In this document: positions 24,435 through 25,745 of the stretch, one piece after another
Position numbering within the stretch: position 1 is the stretch's first letter
How the letters are laid out: each line of letters opens with the position of its first letter
IMG/VR virus record: IMGVR_UViG_3300009519_000012
Reading direction: 5' to 3' (one strand)
Source: a virus
DNA length: 25,745 nucleotides
The notes under the pieces: generated by a model
The model's input: the letters and a program-made list of their open reading frames with translations, nothing else
Databases searched by the model: none
Told to the model about the DNA's origin: nothing
Position numbers and translations under genes: made by a program

Positions 24435-24729
24435 ATTCCTCCTTTTTCCTCACGTAAAACCGCAGTGTCGTCAAATCGTATCCGCGCTCTTCTAATTCCT
24501 TTATGAACGAGTTTCCGTATTTTGTCCACAGTATCCTTGGCGAACCCAAAGGCACATCCCAATTTGTACTACATTTCTTATCGCATAGAGTATTATGCAA
24601 AAGATGGGAATCTCTTTTAGATATTTCCGAACCCCAATAATAGCACAAATCAGGATCGTTTCCATCTACACGCCCCCACTGCGCACGAAGCTCACCGTCT
24701 TTAATCTTTGGCTTGCGGTATCGCTTCAT
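24406..24729 (-). CDS. Hypothetical protein
   Basis: 107 aa; ATGA overlap. Confidence 0.65.
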   Translation of the reverse strand: MKRYRKPKIKDGELRAQWGRVDGNDPDLCYYWGSEISKRDSHLLHNTLCDKKCSTNWDVPLGSPRILWTKYGNSFIKELEERGYDLTTLRFYVRKKEEYAKEGSLGN

Positions 24730-24914
24730 TCTGCAATCTCCCAGTCCTCGGCCATGAGTTCTATTACAGTGAATACAGCTTCCCTGTCCAAATCATCGTG
24801 GACTTTCGCAAAGCTATTACACGCGTGAAGTTTTACAGGAGACGTACCCCACGCTTTCCTGTGAACTTGTTTTCCTTGTTGCATCCACTTGGCGGCTTGC
24901 TTAATACTAGCCAT
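24726..24914 (-). CDS. DUF2829/Tad2-like small protein
   Basis: IKQAAKWMQQGKQVHRKAW...ELMAEDWEIAE matches the family pattern F..AL..LK.GKKV.R.GW...D.LAEDW.IV. Confidence 0.6.
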   Translation of the reverse strand: MASIKQAAKWMQQGKQVHRKAWGTSPVKLHACNSFAKVHDDLDREAVFTVIELMAEDWEIAE

Positions 24915-24924
24915 CGTTTATCTC

Positions 24925-25605
24925 CTAGTCGAATACCCGTTCCCGCTCCATACGCCTCAGCGTCTGCTCTGGAGTCTCACTGGGAAGCATCTCATATCCA
25001 CAACCTACCGTACCTCCCTTCCACGAGCCTGTACGCTCCCCTACCTCATCATCAAACGCTACACTGATACTCTGACGCACCTTCTCAAACAAGACCGTCC
25101 AAGTGAATCCTTTCGGCCTCCATGCCATCCTCTCCACGTAAACCGTAACTGTCCGATTCTGGACCTCACCACGCTTTAACTTGTACTGGTACGGAAAATA
25201 AAACTCCTCGCGTCCATCCGGTTCCTTGTCTTCCCAACACCCCACATACGGAACCCACTTCCCATCCGCACGTCGTACCTCATGCCGCTGGTGAACACTG
25301 GAGAACCACGGCAAGCCCCAAACCTTTACGATCTCATTCCAGTGAAAATAAATTGCGTCATCGTAAGACGAAAATCCCCACTGCTGCCACTCTCTACACC
25401 AACGCTCTTTTTTGGACACCGGAATATACTGAAAAGGAAAATGCAAGAACAGATTAAGAAAAAGGAAATGAACGTGAATCATCCACGGCCATTTATCCTC
25501 ATCGTTTCCCGTATAAATTACATCGAAATCGACTCCCCACCGATTCCAGTAAAACTCGAAAAATCCAGAGGCGCGATACCCATGATCCTCTTTGATGATG
25601 TGCAT
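24925..25605 (-). CDS. Trp/aromatic-rich hypothetical phage protein
   Basis: 226 aa; GGGGAG RBS; ends GERTGSWKGGTVGCGYEMLPSETPEQTLRRMERERVF. Confidence 0.75.
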   Translation of the reverse strand: MHIIKEDHGYRASGFFEFYWNRWGVDFDVIYTGNDEDKWPWMIHVHFLFLNLFLHFPFQYIPVSKKERWCREWQQWGFSSYDDAIYFHWNEIVKVWGLPWFSSVHQRHEVRRADGKWVPYVGCWEDKEPDGREEFYFPYQYKLKRGEVQNRTVTVYVERMAWRPKGFTWTVLFEKVRQSISVAFDDEVGERTGSWKGGTVGCGYEMLPSETPEQTLRRMERERVFD

Positions 25606-25690
25606 TTATCTCTCCCTATGGTGATTCTTTTTCCTACCCGCGACTAGAATCCGTCACCACACCATACAGCGCAGTGACGGATGGTTAAAT

Positions 25691-25745
25691 TTACCCCGAC
25701 CGCGACCCCGACCGCGACCCCGACCGCGACCACGACCGCGACCCC
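25691..25745 (-). CDS. 5'-partial ORF ending in Ser/Arg/Gly repeats (GSRSWSRSGSRSGSRSG*)
   Basis: The 12-bp tandem repeat translates in frame to a TAA at 25691-25693. Confidence 0.6.
   Translation of the reverse strand, partial: GSRSWSRSGSRSGSRSG
25694..25745. repeat. 12-bp tandem repeat (CCCCGACCGCGA)n, about 4 copies, truncated by the window edge
   Basis: Directly visible, with one variant unit (CCACGACCGCGA). Confidence 0.9.

Noticed and set aside
83-25647. Plus-strand ORFs in the track (e.g. 2076..2423, 3082..3552, 13470..13928, 14827..15387, 20590..21306)
   Set aside because: They lie antisense to well-supported minus-strand genes and show no recognisable motifs; treated as shadow ORFs.
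1-25745. Stop-codon reassignment (alternative genetic code)
   Set aside because: Long genes are intact under the standard code, and TAA, TAG and TGA all end genes at tight gene junctions.

Overview
The window is a ~25.7-kb piece of a tailed dsDNA phage (Caudoviricetes) or prophage, with essentially all real genes on the minus strand. Reading in transcription order from 25745 to 1, it starts with a run of small accessory ORFs, including a DUF2829/Tad2-like protein and a prohead-protease-like protein. Next come an SF2/SNF2-like helicase, a beta-class N4C/N6A methyltransferase, an HExxH protein and an XRE HTH regulator. The packaging and head module follows: putative terS, terL, a Tat-signal-bearing terL-nuclease paralog, portal, scaffold, major capsid, two probable capsid-associated proteins and small Lys/His-rich proteins. 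No integrase, tail gene, tRNA or CRISPR array is seen. Three observations stand out. (1) Four IS200/IS605-derived fragments are present with no tnpA or tnpB gene in the window. Two of them retain an omegaRNA-sized tnpB 3' end plus the right-end hairpin: one starts at the base after the capsid stop codon, and the other is a 215-bp LE+promoter+RE mini-element with a cleanly reconstructable empty site. (2) A second copy of the terminase nuclease domain has lost its catalytic Asp residues and carries a twin-arginine signal peptide. (3) Several intergenic regions are densely structured and may be RNA elements. Protein family calls come from motif recognition by eye; no database search was run.
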